Source: Myxococcales bacterium (GTDB lineage Bacteria; Myxococcota_A; Polyangia; Polyangiales; Polyangiaceae). From it: a stretch of DNA of 64,000 nucleotides. The notes under the pieces are model-generated. The model ran no database searches. It was given only the letters and a program-made list of their open reading frames with translations, and was not told where the DNA came from. Of the stretch, positions 8,669-18,240 are shown piece by piece. Made by a program: the position numbers and the translations under genes. Positions within the stretch are counted from its first letter, which is position 1. Each line of letters starts with the position of its first letter. The DNA lies in assembly GCA_043747615.1 (NCBI GenBank), contig JAYTOU010000052.1, forward strand, positions 1 to 64,000. Reading direction: 5' to 3'.

Positions 8669-10408
8669 GTGGATAACTCGCGCGTCGCCGCCGTGTTTGA
8701 AGAGCTCGCCGATCGGCTCGAGCTACTCGGAGACAGCCCATTCAAAGTGCGCGCATACCGGGCATTTGCCGCGGGAATCCGCGTGCTAGTCGAACCGATC
8801 GAGGACATCGCCGCCCGCGACGAGCTCATCGAGATGCCGGGCGTCGGCAAAGCGATCACCAAGAAGGTCGAGAGCCTGGTCGCCACGGGAACATTTCCAG
8901 CCCTCGAAAAAGCGCGCGCCGAGACGCCGAGCGGCCTCCTGGAGGTCCTAAAAATTCCGGGGCTCGGTCCAAAGTTGGTGCGCGTCGTGTGGCAAGAGGC
9001 CGCCGTCACCAATCTGCCCGAGCTTCTGCGCGCGTGTGAAGAAGATCGGCTGGCGAAGCTCCCATCGATCGGCCAAAAAAAGCAGGCGCGTATTCTGAGC
9101 GCCGTGAAAATCCTCCTCGAGGGTGGGGGCGGAGTGCTTCTCGCTCTCGCGCTCGACGGCGCCCGCATCATGATCACTGCGCTGGAAGAGGCGGGGGCCA
9201 AGCGCGTGGCGGTCGTGGGCGAAGCACGCCGCGGGCTCGAAATCGTCCACGAGCTGGTCTTGATCGTGGACGGCCTCACCGTTTCGCAGATCGCCAAATG
9301 CCTGAAAAAATCGGACGATGAGCTGCTGCTGGAGGGTCTCGTCGAGTCTGCCGGCGAAGTCGCGGTGACCCTGCAAGCGCGAGGGCGGGCCCGTCTCTAC
9401 CCGGTAGCGCACGCGGCGTGGGTGACGGAGCTCCTCACGCGCACCGGCGACGCCGCGCACCTTAGCTGGCTCGAAGACCGCGCGGAGAAGAAGGGCGGCC
9501 TCCGCAAAGTCGCGCAGGGCGCTCGCTCCGAAAAAGAGGTGTACGAGGCCCTCGACCTACCGTTCATTCCACCCGAGCTCCGCGAAGGACCGTGCCCACT
9601 CGTGCCCGCGGACCTCGTGGATGACGGGGCCGTGCGCGGAGTGTTCCACGTGCACACCGACTGGAGCGATGGAGTGGCGACGATCGTCGTGATGGCCCAG
9701 GCCGCCGCAAAGGCCGGAAACACCTACGTGGGGATCAGCGATCACTCGCAGGCGGCGAGTTACGCCAACGGCCTCACCGCGCTCCGTCTGAAGGAGCAAG
9801 CGCTGGCCATGGTCGCCGCGCGAAAAGAAGTTCCGGAGATCACGATCCTTCACGGGGTGGAGGTGGACATTCTCGCCGACGGCACGCTCGATTTGCCTGA
9901 TGAATGCCTGGAATCCCTCGATTTCGTGATCGCCAGCGTGCACACGAAGTTCAACATGTCGATGCCGGACATGACTGCGCGCATCATTCGCGCCATCTCG
10001 CATCCGCTGGTCACCATCCTTGGTCACCCCACGGGTCGACTCCTACTCGGTCGAAAAGGCTACGTCTTCGATCTCGAAAAAGTGGCCAAAGCCGCCGTGG
10101 CCAACGACGCGTACCTGGAGATCAACGCCAACCCGCATCGCCTCGATCTGGCGCCGCCGATGGTCCGAAAAGCAGCAGAGCTCGGCGCGCGCTTCGTGAT
10201 CAATCCGGATGCGCACGCGGCGCGGGGCTTCGACGATACGCGGCTCGGGGTGACGGTGGCGCGGCGCGCGGGAGTGAACCGCGATCTCGTTCTCAATACT
10301 CTTGATCGCGATGAGATCGTGTCGCTCCTTGCACTGCGAAAGAAGCGCGCAAAAAAGCGGCTCGCTGGCTTTCACGGAAGCGGCTTGCGGTCGGGCTCCA
10401 CGAACTGA
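8669..10408 (+). CDS. polX: DNA polymerase X / PHP-domain protein with an altered polymerase active site
   Basis: 'DSPFKVRAY' and HhH motifs 'PGVGK' and 'IPGLGPK'. PHP motifs HVHTDWSDG, SDHS, GVEVDI, HPTGR, EINA and PDAH. Confidence 0.9.
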   Translation: MDNSRVAAVFEELADRLELLGDSPFKVRAYRAFAAGIRVLVEPIEDIAARDELIEMPGVGKAITKKVESLVATGTFPALEKARAETPSGLLEVLKIPGLGPKLVRVVWQEAAVTNLPELLRACEEDRLAKLPSIGQKKQARILSAVKILLEGGGGVLLALALDGARIMITALEEAGAKRVAVVGEARRGLEIVHELVLIVDGLTVSQIAKCLKKSDDELLLEGLVESAGEVAVTLQARGRARLYPVAHAAWVTELLTRTGDAAHLSWLEDRAEKKGGLRKVAQGARSEKEVYEALDLPFIPPELREGPCPLVPADLVDDGAVRGVFHVHTDWSDGVATIVVMAQAAAKAGNTYVGISDHSQAASYANGLTALRLKEQALAMVAARKEVPEITILHGVEVDILADGTLDLPDECLESLDFVIASVHTKFNMSMPDMTARIIRAISHPLVTILGHPTGRLLLGRKGYVFDLEKVAKAAVANDAYLEINANPHRLDLAPPMVRKAAELGARFVINPDAHAARGFDDTRLGVTVARRAGVNRDLVLNTLDRDEIVSLLALRKKRAKKRLAGFHGSGLRSGSTN

Positions 10409-10773
10409 GCGCGCGCTCGATCGTTCGTCAGGCTCTCGGCGCTGTAGAACTCGTAGGGAAGGCGACGATCCATGAGATGCGGATTCTCGCGAAGGAAGCC
10501 CCCGAAGTCGGGGTTCGCATCACGCCGCGCGGATGCCTCGACCGCGTTGGCCACGAGGTGCAACCACACGCACGTGAGCGTCTCGTTGTAGATCGCGCTG
10601 GCGCCGACGGCGTTCACGTAGCCGAGGAGCGCCTGGCGAAAATACGAGCGCCCCTCCTCGCGACCGTGCGCGCGGACGTACATCCAGGCGGCGCGAATGT
10701 GACCGCGATGGTTGAACGATTCTTTGGAGAGCGTGCGAGCTTCGAACGCTTCTAGGAACGCGGCGTCATCCAA
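10372..10773 (-). CDS. Small conserved-type hypothetical protein
   Basis: 133-aa protein-like ORF ('FLEAFE...FNHRGHIRAAW', 'YNETLT', 'FVEPD'); convergent overlap with the polX end. Confidence 0.7.
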   Translation of the reverse strand: MDDAAFLEAFEARTLSKESFNHRGHIRAAWMYVRAHGREEGRSYFRQALLGYVNAVGASAIYNETLTCVWLHLVANAVEASARRDANPDFGGFLRENPHLMDRRLPYEFYSAESLTNDRARAQFVEPDRKPLP

Positions 10774-10972
10774 GGGGAACGGAAGGTATCAAGAAGCGAC
10801 GTCCCACGCCCCGAGACGATGCGCGGCCACGCTCAGTGCGAAACGCGTCACGACACCGGGACCCGGCTGGAGGCCGACGTGCCGGAAGTCAGGGGCGGGC
10901 GCGAGCTCATGGGGAGGGGGCGGACGCACAGCTCTATACAGTTTGACCTCCTTCGTGGCCTGGGGGGAGGAG

Positions 10973-12160
10973 GTGCGCCGACTTTCGAGTAGGCTCTCGT
11001 CCACCTTGTCGCGGTGCATTTCCTGCCATGCCGAAATTCCCGGAGCTCGGGTGTGTCCCGCGTGTGGAACGCTGCAGCCGAATGCTCCGGACACCGCGCA
11101 AATCGGCCCTGGGATGACCATCGATCGCGGCGATCGGCGGCTGGTGGTGGACTCGCGGATTGGTGAAGGAGGCATGGGAATCGTGTGGCGGGCGTGGCCG
11201 TTTTTTCCGCCGACCGATCCGCGCGCCCAGGCGGCACAGGAGCCCGTCGCGCTGAAGGTCCTGCGTCCGCAGGCCCGCGCACGTGAAGACGTGATGGCGT
11301 TCTTTCTCACCGAGATCGAAGCGCTGAAGAAAGTCAGACACCCGAACATCGTGCGCTTCCACGAGGTGTTTGAGTGGGGAAACGCGCTGGTCCTCGACAT
11401 CGAATACGTCGCCGGAGACACGCTGGAAGAGGTCATCGCCCGTCACATCGCGCGCGCTCGGCTGGGCGGCGCGGGGGCGTTGCCGGGGATGCCGTTTCGG
11501 CGGGCTTGGTATTATTTCCAGCAGCTTCTCGGCGCGCTCGCTGCGACGCATGCCCTCGACATCGTGCATCGCGACGTGAAGCCGTCGAACATTTTGATCC
11601 GTCGGGACGGCGTCGTGAAGCTCACGGACTTCGGCATTGCCCGTGTGTACAAGCCCGGAGCGACGCCCGCGCACGAGCGCGACGTGGCGCCAGGGACCGG
11701 TGTCTACATGTCTCCAGAGCAAGTGCTCTCCGGCAAGGTCGACGGACGAAGCGATCTCTACTCGGCCGCGACGGTGCTCTACGAGATGCTTAGCGGGCGG
11801 ACGCCATTCTCGACCGAGAACAAAAGCGAATTCATGGTCCGCCAGGAACAGGTGAACGCACGGCCGCCCCCCATTCGCACCTGGCTTCTGCAGGCGCCGC
11901 CGGTGCTCGACGCGCTCTTCGCCCGCGCGCTTGCCAAGGATCCGAACCTGCGTTTTGCGAATGCGATCGAAATGGGAACGGCGTTCCGCGAAGCCTTGGG
12001 GCTCCCTGATTCGGCCGAGTGGCAAGCGCAGGCGGAGATGGCGCGCGTCATCCCGATCGCCGAGAGTGCGTCGAAAAACGAAGGCCGCGAACAGCGGATG
12101 GCGACGCTCCGCGATTTCTTGGTAAAGCGCTACAAGACGCTCTCGATGACCGTGCCGTGA
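10973..12160 (+). CDS. Hanks-type Ser/Thr kinase with an N-terminal zinc ribbon
   Basis: CISC...CPAC, GEGGMG, VALKVL, HRDVKPSN, DFG and YMSPE. Start uncertain (10973 GTG or 11006 TTG). Confidence 0.9.
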   Translation: MRRLSSRLSSTLSRCISCHAEIPGARVCPACGTLQPNAPDTAQIGPGMTIDRGDRRLVVDSRIGEGGMGIVWRAWPFFPPTDPRAQAAQEPVALKVLRPQARAREDVMAFFLTEIEALKKVRHPNIVRFHEVFEWGNALVLDIEYVAGDTLEEVIARHIARARLGGAGALPGMPFRRAWYYFQQLLGALAATHALDIVHRDVKPSNILIRRDGVVKLTDFGIARVYKPGATPAHERDVAPGTGVYMSPEQVLSGKVDGRSDLYSAATVLYEMLSGRTPFSTENKSEFMVRQEQVNARPPPIRTWLLQAPPVLDALFARALAKDPNLRFANAIEMGTAFREALGLPDSAEWQAQAEMARVIPIAESASKNEGREQRMATLRDFLVKRYKTLSMTVP

Positions 12161-12163
12161 GCG

Positions 12164-15100
12164 CTATTTCTTTTTGACGGTGCGGAGGAGGCGAAGCTCG
12201 GACGCGGCCTCTCGGTTCTTCGGATTGACCTGAAGGACTGCGTCGAAATCCCGAAGTGCATCGGCCTTCCTGTCGGCGCGCTTGAAGAGCTTCCCTCGAT
12301 AGAGGAGGGCGGTCTCGCACGTCGTGTCCTCTTTCAGGATGGCGTTGAGACGGCTGATCGAGCTCTCGATCACGCCCGGTCTGCCGCTCATCGCCAGAAT
12401 CCACGCCAGGAGCGCTCCGTACTCCGGCTGGTCGGGATCGGCCAGGGCCGCTTTTTTTGCCAAACGCTCGGCGGTCACCAGATCGCTCCGCTGGAGCGCG
12501 GTCTCCGCCATCCGGAAATCCGTCATCGCCTCGAGCGCGTTCTCGGCATCGGCCATGTCGAGATCCGCCTTCAACTCCGGCGGACGCGGAACGGGCACCG
12601 ATACGGGCGGCGGACGACCTTGCGAGGACGGGACCGGCTGGCTGGTCCGCACCGGCTGCACGGATAGCGGTTTGTCGCTTCGGGAGGGAGACGGCGGGCT
12701 CGTCGGCGTGGTCGGAGGTGGACGCAGACTCGTATTCTGGAAGAGCATCGGCCCCGCTTTTTGCCCAGGGAAAGCGAGCTGGCGGGTGACGGCAAGCATG
12801 TAGACGAGCGAGCTTACGGCCTCGTCGTCGGCCACCTTCCGATGGAGGAGGACCGACAGCGAGGGACGCTCCTCCCGAACGACCGCGAGGGCGGCGGCTT
12901 CGTCGGCGGTGAGCTCCAGGCCGCCGAGGCTCGTCACGTCGTGGAGGACGAGCGGCTGCTTGGCGATCTTGCCGAGCGTCGCCCGGATGCGCGCGCGGTC
13001 GTGCCAGTGGCGCACGCTGGCGAGGATCGAGTTGAGCGGATCGCAAGCTACGACGCCCTCGCCGCCCCAACCGTCGAGGAGGTTGGTATCTTTGTAGAAT
13101 ACATATGTCGTGGGAGGCGGCATGTTCACGAGACGCGACACCTTGCGGACGATCTGCGCTTCGAGCGCCGTCGCCAGCTCCCCGCGCGAGATGGTCCTCT
13201 CGCCCACCAGATACTCCCCGAAGAGCACGCCGAGACGCTTCGCGGCCTCGAGCGACTCCGTAGCGCGATCGCCGCTGATGAGTCCGGCCGACGTCAGCTC
13301 TTCGCCGAGCGGCGCTACCATACGCCCCGCGCACACTTTTGCCGGCGCTCCTCGACGAAAATACATCACGTGCTCGATGTTGCCCGGTTCTTGAAACAGC
13401 ACCGAACCGGTGAGCGAGTGATCGAGCATGTACACCAGCACGTGCACCATCGGCGTCGTCGCCAGCGTGCCCTTGGCCGACGGCGGAGGTAGCGGAGGGG
13501 GCTTGCGAGGCGAGGCGGCAGGGCGACTGTGCTTGCGCGACGGCGATTCGTCCTCCGCGAAGGGAGAAGCCTGCATCACCGTGCGCTCTTCCCGTTCTTC
13601 GCGCGGCCCGCCCTCGCGTGCCCCGGTGATCGCGGGCTCGACGAAGTGCTGCACTGTCATGCCGTGCGTTTCGAAGGCCCTGGCGACCATCGAGGGACTC
13701 GTCCCCGTCGACGGAAACGAATCCTGATCCATTACACCGGACGAGATCGACGGTATGGAATCGTGCGGGGGTCGAACCGCTTCGTCGTTCTCGTCGTGAA
13801 CGGGAACTTCTTTAGTAGAAGGCGCCATCGAAGGCGGGCGTCGGAGCTCTTGCGCCGGGCGCGACGAAGGGGGAGGAGGCATGCTCTCCTTTCGACCTGC
13901 TTGCAGGCTCTTCTTCCACCCATCAACGCTCATCACCTTCACGATTTTTCGCTTGGCGGTCGGGTTCGCGAGCTCGATCTCGTTGAGGCCGCTCACCACG
14001 CCCCCCTTGGCATCGAGAACCAGACGCACCCAAGGGGCTTCGTTTCCGGCAGCGCGATCGCCGCGCGCGATCACCTCGGCGACCTCGCTCGTCGAGAGCT
14101 GGACGACGGTTCCCACCGGATAGAATCGCAGCGCGGCGACGAGCATCCGGAGGACTGTCCGATCGGACGACTCTTTCAGCTCGTCGTCGAGAACGGCGAT
14201 CGCGTAGTCGGGCCCAGGCGGATCGAAGCCGGGCTCGGGGGTGAGAATGTCGTTGTAGCGCCGCGCGACAGCCACGATCTTCGCGTGCAGCGTGGGCTGG
14301 CGAACCCCTCTGTAGAGCGGACCGAGATTCGCGGCCCGGCGCATCCAGAGCGCCTCGAAGGTGATGACCGTCCGGGTGATGGACGGCTCGTTCACGCGCC
14401 CAAGAGCGGTGAGCGCCGCAGCGGTACCGGCGGGAAGGCGATCCTCCGCTTCGTCCGAGAGCTTGGGAACGAGCCCTGCGATCCGCGGCCCACCGGCGGC
14501 TCCGGCGAGGGCGACGGCGCGGGGCCGACCGACGTCGTGCATCATCGCCGCCATGGCGATCTGCGCGAGGCGTACGCGATCGTCGGTGACCTGCCGAGCC
14601 ATGGCTACCGACAAGATGGCGCTGTTCACGGCGCGACCCGCCTCGTCGCTATTTTGATTCCGCGACTCGGAAACGCCCAAAAAAGCGGGCGTTGCGCCGC
14701 TGGAGAGATCCACCAGGCTCTGCGCCACGCGCTTGATGCGGCGCGGCAGAACGTAGCGGCTGGCCTGAAGGTCCTCGAAAAATCGGCGCATGATGACGAC
14801 TGCCGACGCGTAGGTGCGCACGATGCGTTGCTCGACGTCGAGCTGTTCGACCTCGAGGCCACGCAGGCGCGCCGCGTCGTTCACCTCGCGGAGGCGAATC
14901 TTTGTCGAGGGAGCGTGGAAGCGCCCGCGACCGGCTTTCATCGCCGCGGAGATGGCCTCGGCGAACGCGTGGAGGTCGGCCTGGGTGACGTCCTTGTCGA
15001 TGGATAGCTCGGAGCCCCCGCACCATTCGAGCGTCACGCCGAGCTCGTTCGCCGAGTCGTAGGTGGTGCGCGAGCCCTTGAGGAGCTGACCCGCGACGAA

Positions 15101-15340
15101 CACCGCGCGCTGTGCGAAGAGAACGCTCACGTTCATTCCGGAGCGAAGGCAATAGTCGCCGATGCTCTGGTGCGTTTGCTCGAGCTGCCGCAAAAAAGCC
15201 TGGTTCGTGAGGTCGTGAAGCTGCGCGAGCTTCATCAATCGGTAGATCGCGACCACGACGCCGGCGCCGAGATCGCGCGCATGCTCGCGCCGTACGCCGT
15301 CCCCGGCGTCGTTGGTCACGATGTCGAGGCGCATCGTCAT
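12164..15340 (-). CDS. Multidomain protein: degenerate HD-GYP-like domain, Pro-rich linker, DUF4388-like domain, C-terminal TPRs
   Basis: 'AAMMHDVGR', 'HAKIVAVARRY' and 'FYPVGTVVQL...EVAEV'; 'GTL.TTP.VHVLVY.LD..LTGS' and 'PLGE.L'; TPR 'ALLYRGKLF...F..VLQVNPKNREA'. Confidence 0.75.
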   Translation of the reverse strand: MTMRLDIVTNDAGDGVRREHARDLGAGVVVAIYRLMKLAQLHDLTNQAFLRQLEQTHQSIGDYCLRSGMNVSVLFAQRAVFVAGQLLKGSRTTYDSANELGVTLEWCGGSELSIDKDVTQADLHAFAEAISAAMKAGRGRFHAPSTKIRLREVNDAARLRGLEVEQLDVEQRIVRTYASAVVIMRRFFEDLQASRYVLPRRIKRVAQSLVDLSSGATPAFLGVSESRNQNSDEAGRAVNSAILSVAMARQVTDDRVRLAQIAMAAMMHDVGRPRAVALAGAAGGPRIAGLVPKLSDEAEDRLPAGTAAALTALGRVNEPSITRTVITFEALWMRRAANLGPLYRGVRQPTLHAKIVAVARRYNDILTPEPGFDPPGPDYAIAVLDDELKESSDRTVLRMLVAALRFYPVGTVVQLSTSEVAEVIARGDRAAGNEAPWVRLVLDAKGGVVSGLNEIELANPTAKRKIVKVMSVDGWKKSLQAGRKESMPPPPSSRPAQELRRPPSMAPSTKEVPVHDENDEAVRPPHDSIPSISSGVMDQDSFPSTGTSPSMVARAFETHGMTVQHFVEPAITGAREGGPREEREERTVMQASPFAEDESPSRKHSRPAASPRKPPPLPPPSAKGTLATTPMVHVLVYMLDHSLTGSVLFQEPGNIEHVMYFRRGAPAKVCAGRMVAPLGEELTSAGLISGDRATESLEAAKRLGVLFGEYLVGERTISRGELATALEAQIVRKVSRLVNMPPPTTYVFYKDTNLLDGWGGEGVVACDPLNSILASVRHWHDRARIRATLGKIAKQPLVLHDVTSLGGLELTADEAAALAVVREERPSLSVLLHRKVADDEAVSSLVYMLAVTRQLAFPGQKAGPMLFQNTSLRPPPTTPTSPPSPSRSDKPLSVQPVRTSQPVPSSQGRPPPVSVPVPRPPELKADLDMADAENALEAMTDFRMAETALQRSDLVTAERLAKKAALADPDQPEYGALLAWILAMSGRPGVIESSISRLNAILKEDTTCETALLYRGKLFKRADRKADALRDFDAVLQVNPKNREAASELRLLRTVKKK

Positions 15341-18165
15341 TTGGCCGCACCTCCCTCATTTTGGGGCGTAGAGGGGGCCGGGAGAGCCTCTTTGGCCCGC
15401 GCGGACACCCTGCTCGAGGCGGCAAGTGCTGCGTTGCGCGTATCGTCGGACGTGCCCCAACGCGTCTGTGAGACTTCGCGAAGCGCCTCGTTGACGATCA
15501 TCGATCGCGACAGCTCACCGAGGACTTCGGCCGCCACGACCCGCGTACCTTCGCGCGACTGCGAGACGAACACGCCGCCCTTCTTCACGATCTCGAGGAG
15601 GAGCGCTTCACCGTGGTCCGTGGAGAGCGTGATGAGGGTGCGCAGGAGCTCGCGTCGCTCGTCCGTTCCCAGCTCGTTGAAATTCGGCGCCTTGACGTGA
15701 CGCGCTACCGCTGGAAAAGCACCGCGGAGGGCATGCCGAGACATCGCGCGGAGAGCCGCCATTCGCAGGAGCGCGGAGCTGCTCTCGAGCGTGGTGACGA
15801 GCTCTGCGTTCGCGAGATCCGGCGTGCCCGCGGCCAGGACTTTCGCCTCGAGGCGCACGTTCATATCCTCGCTCTCGCCCATCGATGCGAGCACCACCTT
15901 CGACGCCGGTGACCCGACGCGTGCGATCAGCGCCATGAGCTGACAAGCGAGCTCGGGATCCAGTCCCGCCGCAGCCGCTCCGATTTGCACTTCGTTCCCT
16001 GCCGCGACGCGCTCGATATACGCGAGGATCGCTCCTCTCAGCGCCGCGTCCGGTCCGGCGCGAAGAGCACCGAGGATGACCGTGAGCTCACGTGCCGACA
16101 GAACGCGCAAGACGGGCTCGAACGCGGGGAATTGATCGGCATGCGTTCGGAGGTGGGTGAGCGCGAGCTCCAGGGCCTCGGCGCCGAACATCGCGTTGGT
16201 GAGGGCGCCCGAGAGCTTGTGGAAATCGTTGCCCGAGATGCGCTGACCGAGACGCTCCGTGAGCGCAGCCCACAGAGCAATGACGACCGGCAAACGACCG
16301 GCGACCACGAGATCCGCAGATGATCGGCGCATGGACGCGAGAACGAGCGCGGCGTCGCGACAGAAGGCGGCATCGATGTAGCCTTCGACGAGAACGTCGA
16401 CGAAGCGCTCGCTCCAACGCTCCGAAGGTATCTCGAGCTGCGTCGCGTATACCGCTCGCACGACGACCTCGAGGGCCATCGGCGTCGCTCCGCGCGCCTC
16501 GTCCGAACCGCGCAGCGCGCTGCGATCCGTGGAGACCGCCATGGCTTTCGCTTCGATGCGGCTCACGTGGCTCTGGGAGGCGGCCGCCGCCACCTCTTCG
16601 ATCTTGTCGGACTCGCTGTAGAACGCTTCGCGCTCGGTCGCGTCACCTTCCGCGAACACGTCCGCCACCTCGTACTTCACGTGCTGGAGGCCACGCTCCC
16701 AAAACGCCGCTGCCATGTCGTCCTCCGGCGGCAGGTCGCGACCGGGATCCAGCATCATCAGGGTGATGACCGAACGGAGCTCCTCAATCGTGATCGTTGG
16801 CTCGATGCGCAGTGAGCGAAATCCGCAGGCGAAGAGATTGTACGGAATGGAATCGAAAGGCGGCCCCGGCTCCCACACCGTCTGTCCGAGGGTGAGGAGC
16901 GAGTACGGACGTACCGCCATCCGAGCCAAAGCGGGCTCCTTCCCGAGAGCCTCCGCAAACGCTTCGAACGCCGTGCGCAACGTGCGCTCCGTTGCCGGGT
17001 GATCCCAGCCGAACTGGCGGACGCTCGGCAAGAGGCGATCTACCTGCTTGAAGAGATCGCGCAGGCCGACGACGCGCGGATCGTTCTCAGCTGCAGTGAC
17101 CTCGACGGCGGAGCCCGGAGCGTGCGTGATGATCGGCGGCAGCGCCGTGCTCGGCCGGATCGACGCGCCCGGTGGCCGGATCGAGCCTCCGCGCGACGGC
17201 GATGGTATCGTGGGCATCGGCATCGGGCGTGAGGTGTGGACCTCGGGCCGGGCGGCCACTCCACTTGCGAGCGCGGCGAGAGCGGCCAGGACCGCGGCCT
17301 GCATCTCTTTTGCATCCGCGAACCGATTTCGTCGGTCCCACGCGAGAGAGCGATCGATGATCGCGATCACGTCTATGGGGAGGTCGGCCCCGATCTTCGC
17401 GACGGACGGAACGGGGGTCGTCGCCGCCATGATCAGCGCTTCATTTTCCGTGCGGCCATGATTGATGCGCTTGCCCGTAGCGAGCGCGTGGATCATCGCT
17501 CCGACCGAGAAGAGATCGGTCCGCCCGTCGAGCTGATCGACGAGACCCATCGCTTGCTCGGGAGACATGTACGCGGGTGTTCCAAGAGCCGTGCCCGTCG
17601 CGGTCATTTCCCCGGCGGCGTCGCGAAGCTGAGCCACGCCGAAGTCGAGCACCTTCACCTCGCTCTCGTTGGTGATGAAGATGTTGGCGGGCTTCAAGTC
17701 GCGGTGAATGACCCCGCTCGCGTGACAAGCAACGAGGCAGTCCAGGATCCGCTCGGCGATTCCGAGAACATGCTCCACGGGAACGCGTTTTCCGGCGCGC
17801 TTCCACAGATCGCGAAGGGTCTCGCCCTCGAGGAGCTCCATGATCAAGAAGGGCTCGCCGAGCTCGGTCACATCGTCGTCGAGGACCGCCACGCACGCGG
17901 AGTGGCCGATCTTGTTCGAGACGTAAGCCTCGCGAAGAAAGCGATCTTGGACGCCTTTTTCCCGTGCGAAATCGATGTGCAGGATCTTCAGTGCAGCGCG
18001 TTGACCGTTGCGGTGCGACGCCGCGAACACTGCCGCCATGCCGCCAACGCCGAGCAGCCCGTCGAGGTGCCACTTGCCCTTGATCGTTTGCCCGACGCGC
18101 GCATGGAATGCCGCATCCTTCACGGGACCAGCTCCCTGATTGGGCGAGTTAACTGGGTCGGGCAT
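15337..18165 (-). CDS. Ser/Thr kinase fused to a large HEAT/ARM-like helical domain
   Basis: GVGGMA, ALKIL, HRDLKPAN, DFG and YMSPE. C-terminal helical repeats ('D.NVRLEA', 'LLRMAALRAM', 'TRVVAAEVLGEL'). ATGA overlap with the next gene. Confidence 0.85.
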   Translation of the reverse strand: MPDPVNSPNQGAGPVKDAAFHARVGQTIKGKWHLDGLLGVGGMAAVFAASHRNGQRAALKILHIDFAREKGVQDRFLREAYVSNKIGHSACVAVLDDDVTELGEPFLIMELLEGETLRDLWKRAGKRVPVEHVLGIAERILDCLVACHASGVIHRDLKPANIFITNESEVKVLDFGVAQLRDAAGEMTATGTALGTPAYMSPEQAMGLVDQLDGRTDLFSVGAMIHALATGKRINHGRTENEALIMAATTPVPSVAKIGADLPIDVIAIIDRSLAWDRRNRFADAKEMQAAVLAALAALASGVAARPEVHTSRPMPMPTIPSPSRGGSIRPPGASIRPSTALPPIITHAPGSAVEVTAAENDPRVVGLRDLFKQVDRLLPSVRQFGWDHPATERTLRTAFEAFAEALGKEPALARMAVRPYSLLTLGQTVWEPGPPFDSIPYNLFACGFRSLRIEPTITIEELRSVITLMMLDPGRDLPPEDDMAAAFWERGLQHVKYEVADVFAEGDATEREAFYSESDKIEEVAAAASQSHVSRIEAKAMAVSTDRSALRGSDEARGATPMALEVVVRAVYATQLEIPSERWSERFVDVLVEGYIDAAFCRDAALVLASMRRSSADLVVAGRLPVVIALWAALTERLGQRISGNDFHKLSGALTNAMFGAEALELALTHLRTHADQFPAFEPVLRVLSARELTVILGALRAGPDAALRGAILAYIERVAAGNEVQIGAAAAGLDPELACQLMALIARVGSPASKVVLASMGESEDMNVRLEAKVLAAGTPDLANAELVTTLESSSALLRMAALRAMSRHALRGAFPAVARHVKAPNFNELGTDERRELLRTLITLSTDHGEALLLEIVKKGGVFVSQSREGTRVVAAEVLGELSRSMIVNEALREVSQTRWGTSDDTRNAALAASSRVSARAKEALPAPSTPQNEGGAAK

Positions 18166-18240
18166 TTGCGCGCTGCAAGGCAAACAAGACCTTAAGGATA
18201 CCCAGGCAACCCCGCGTTGACGAGCCGATTAAGAGATGTG

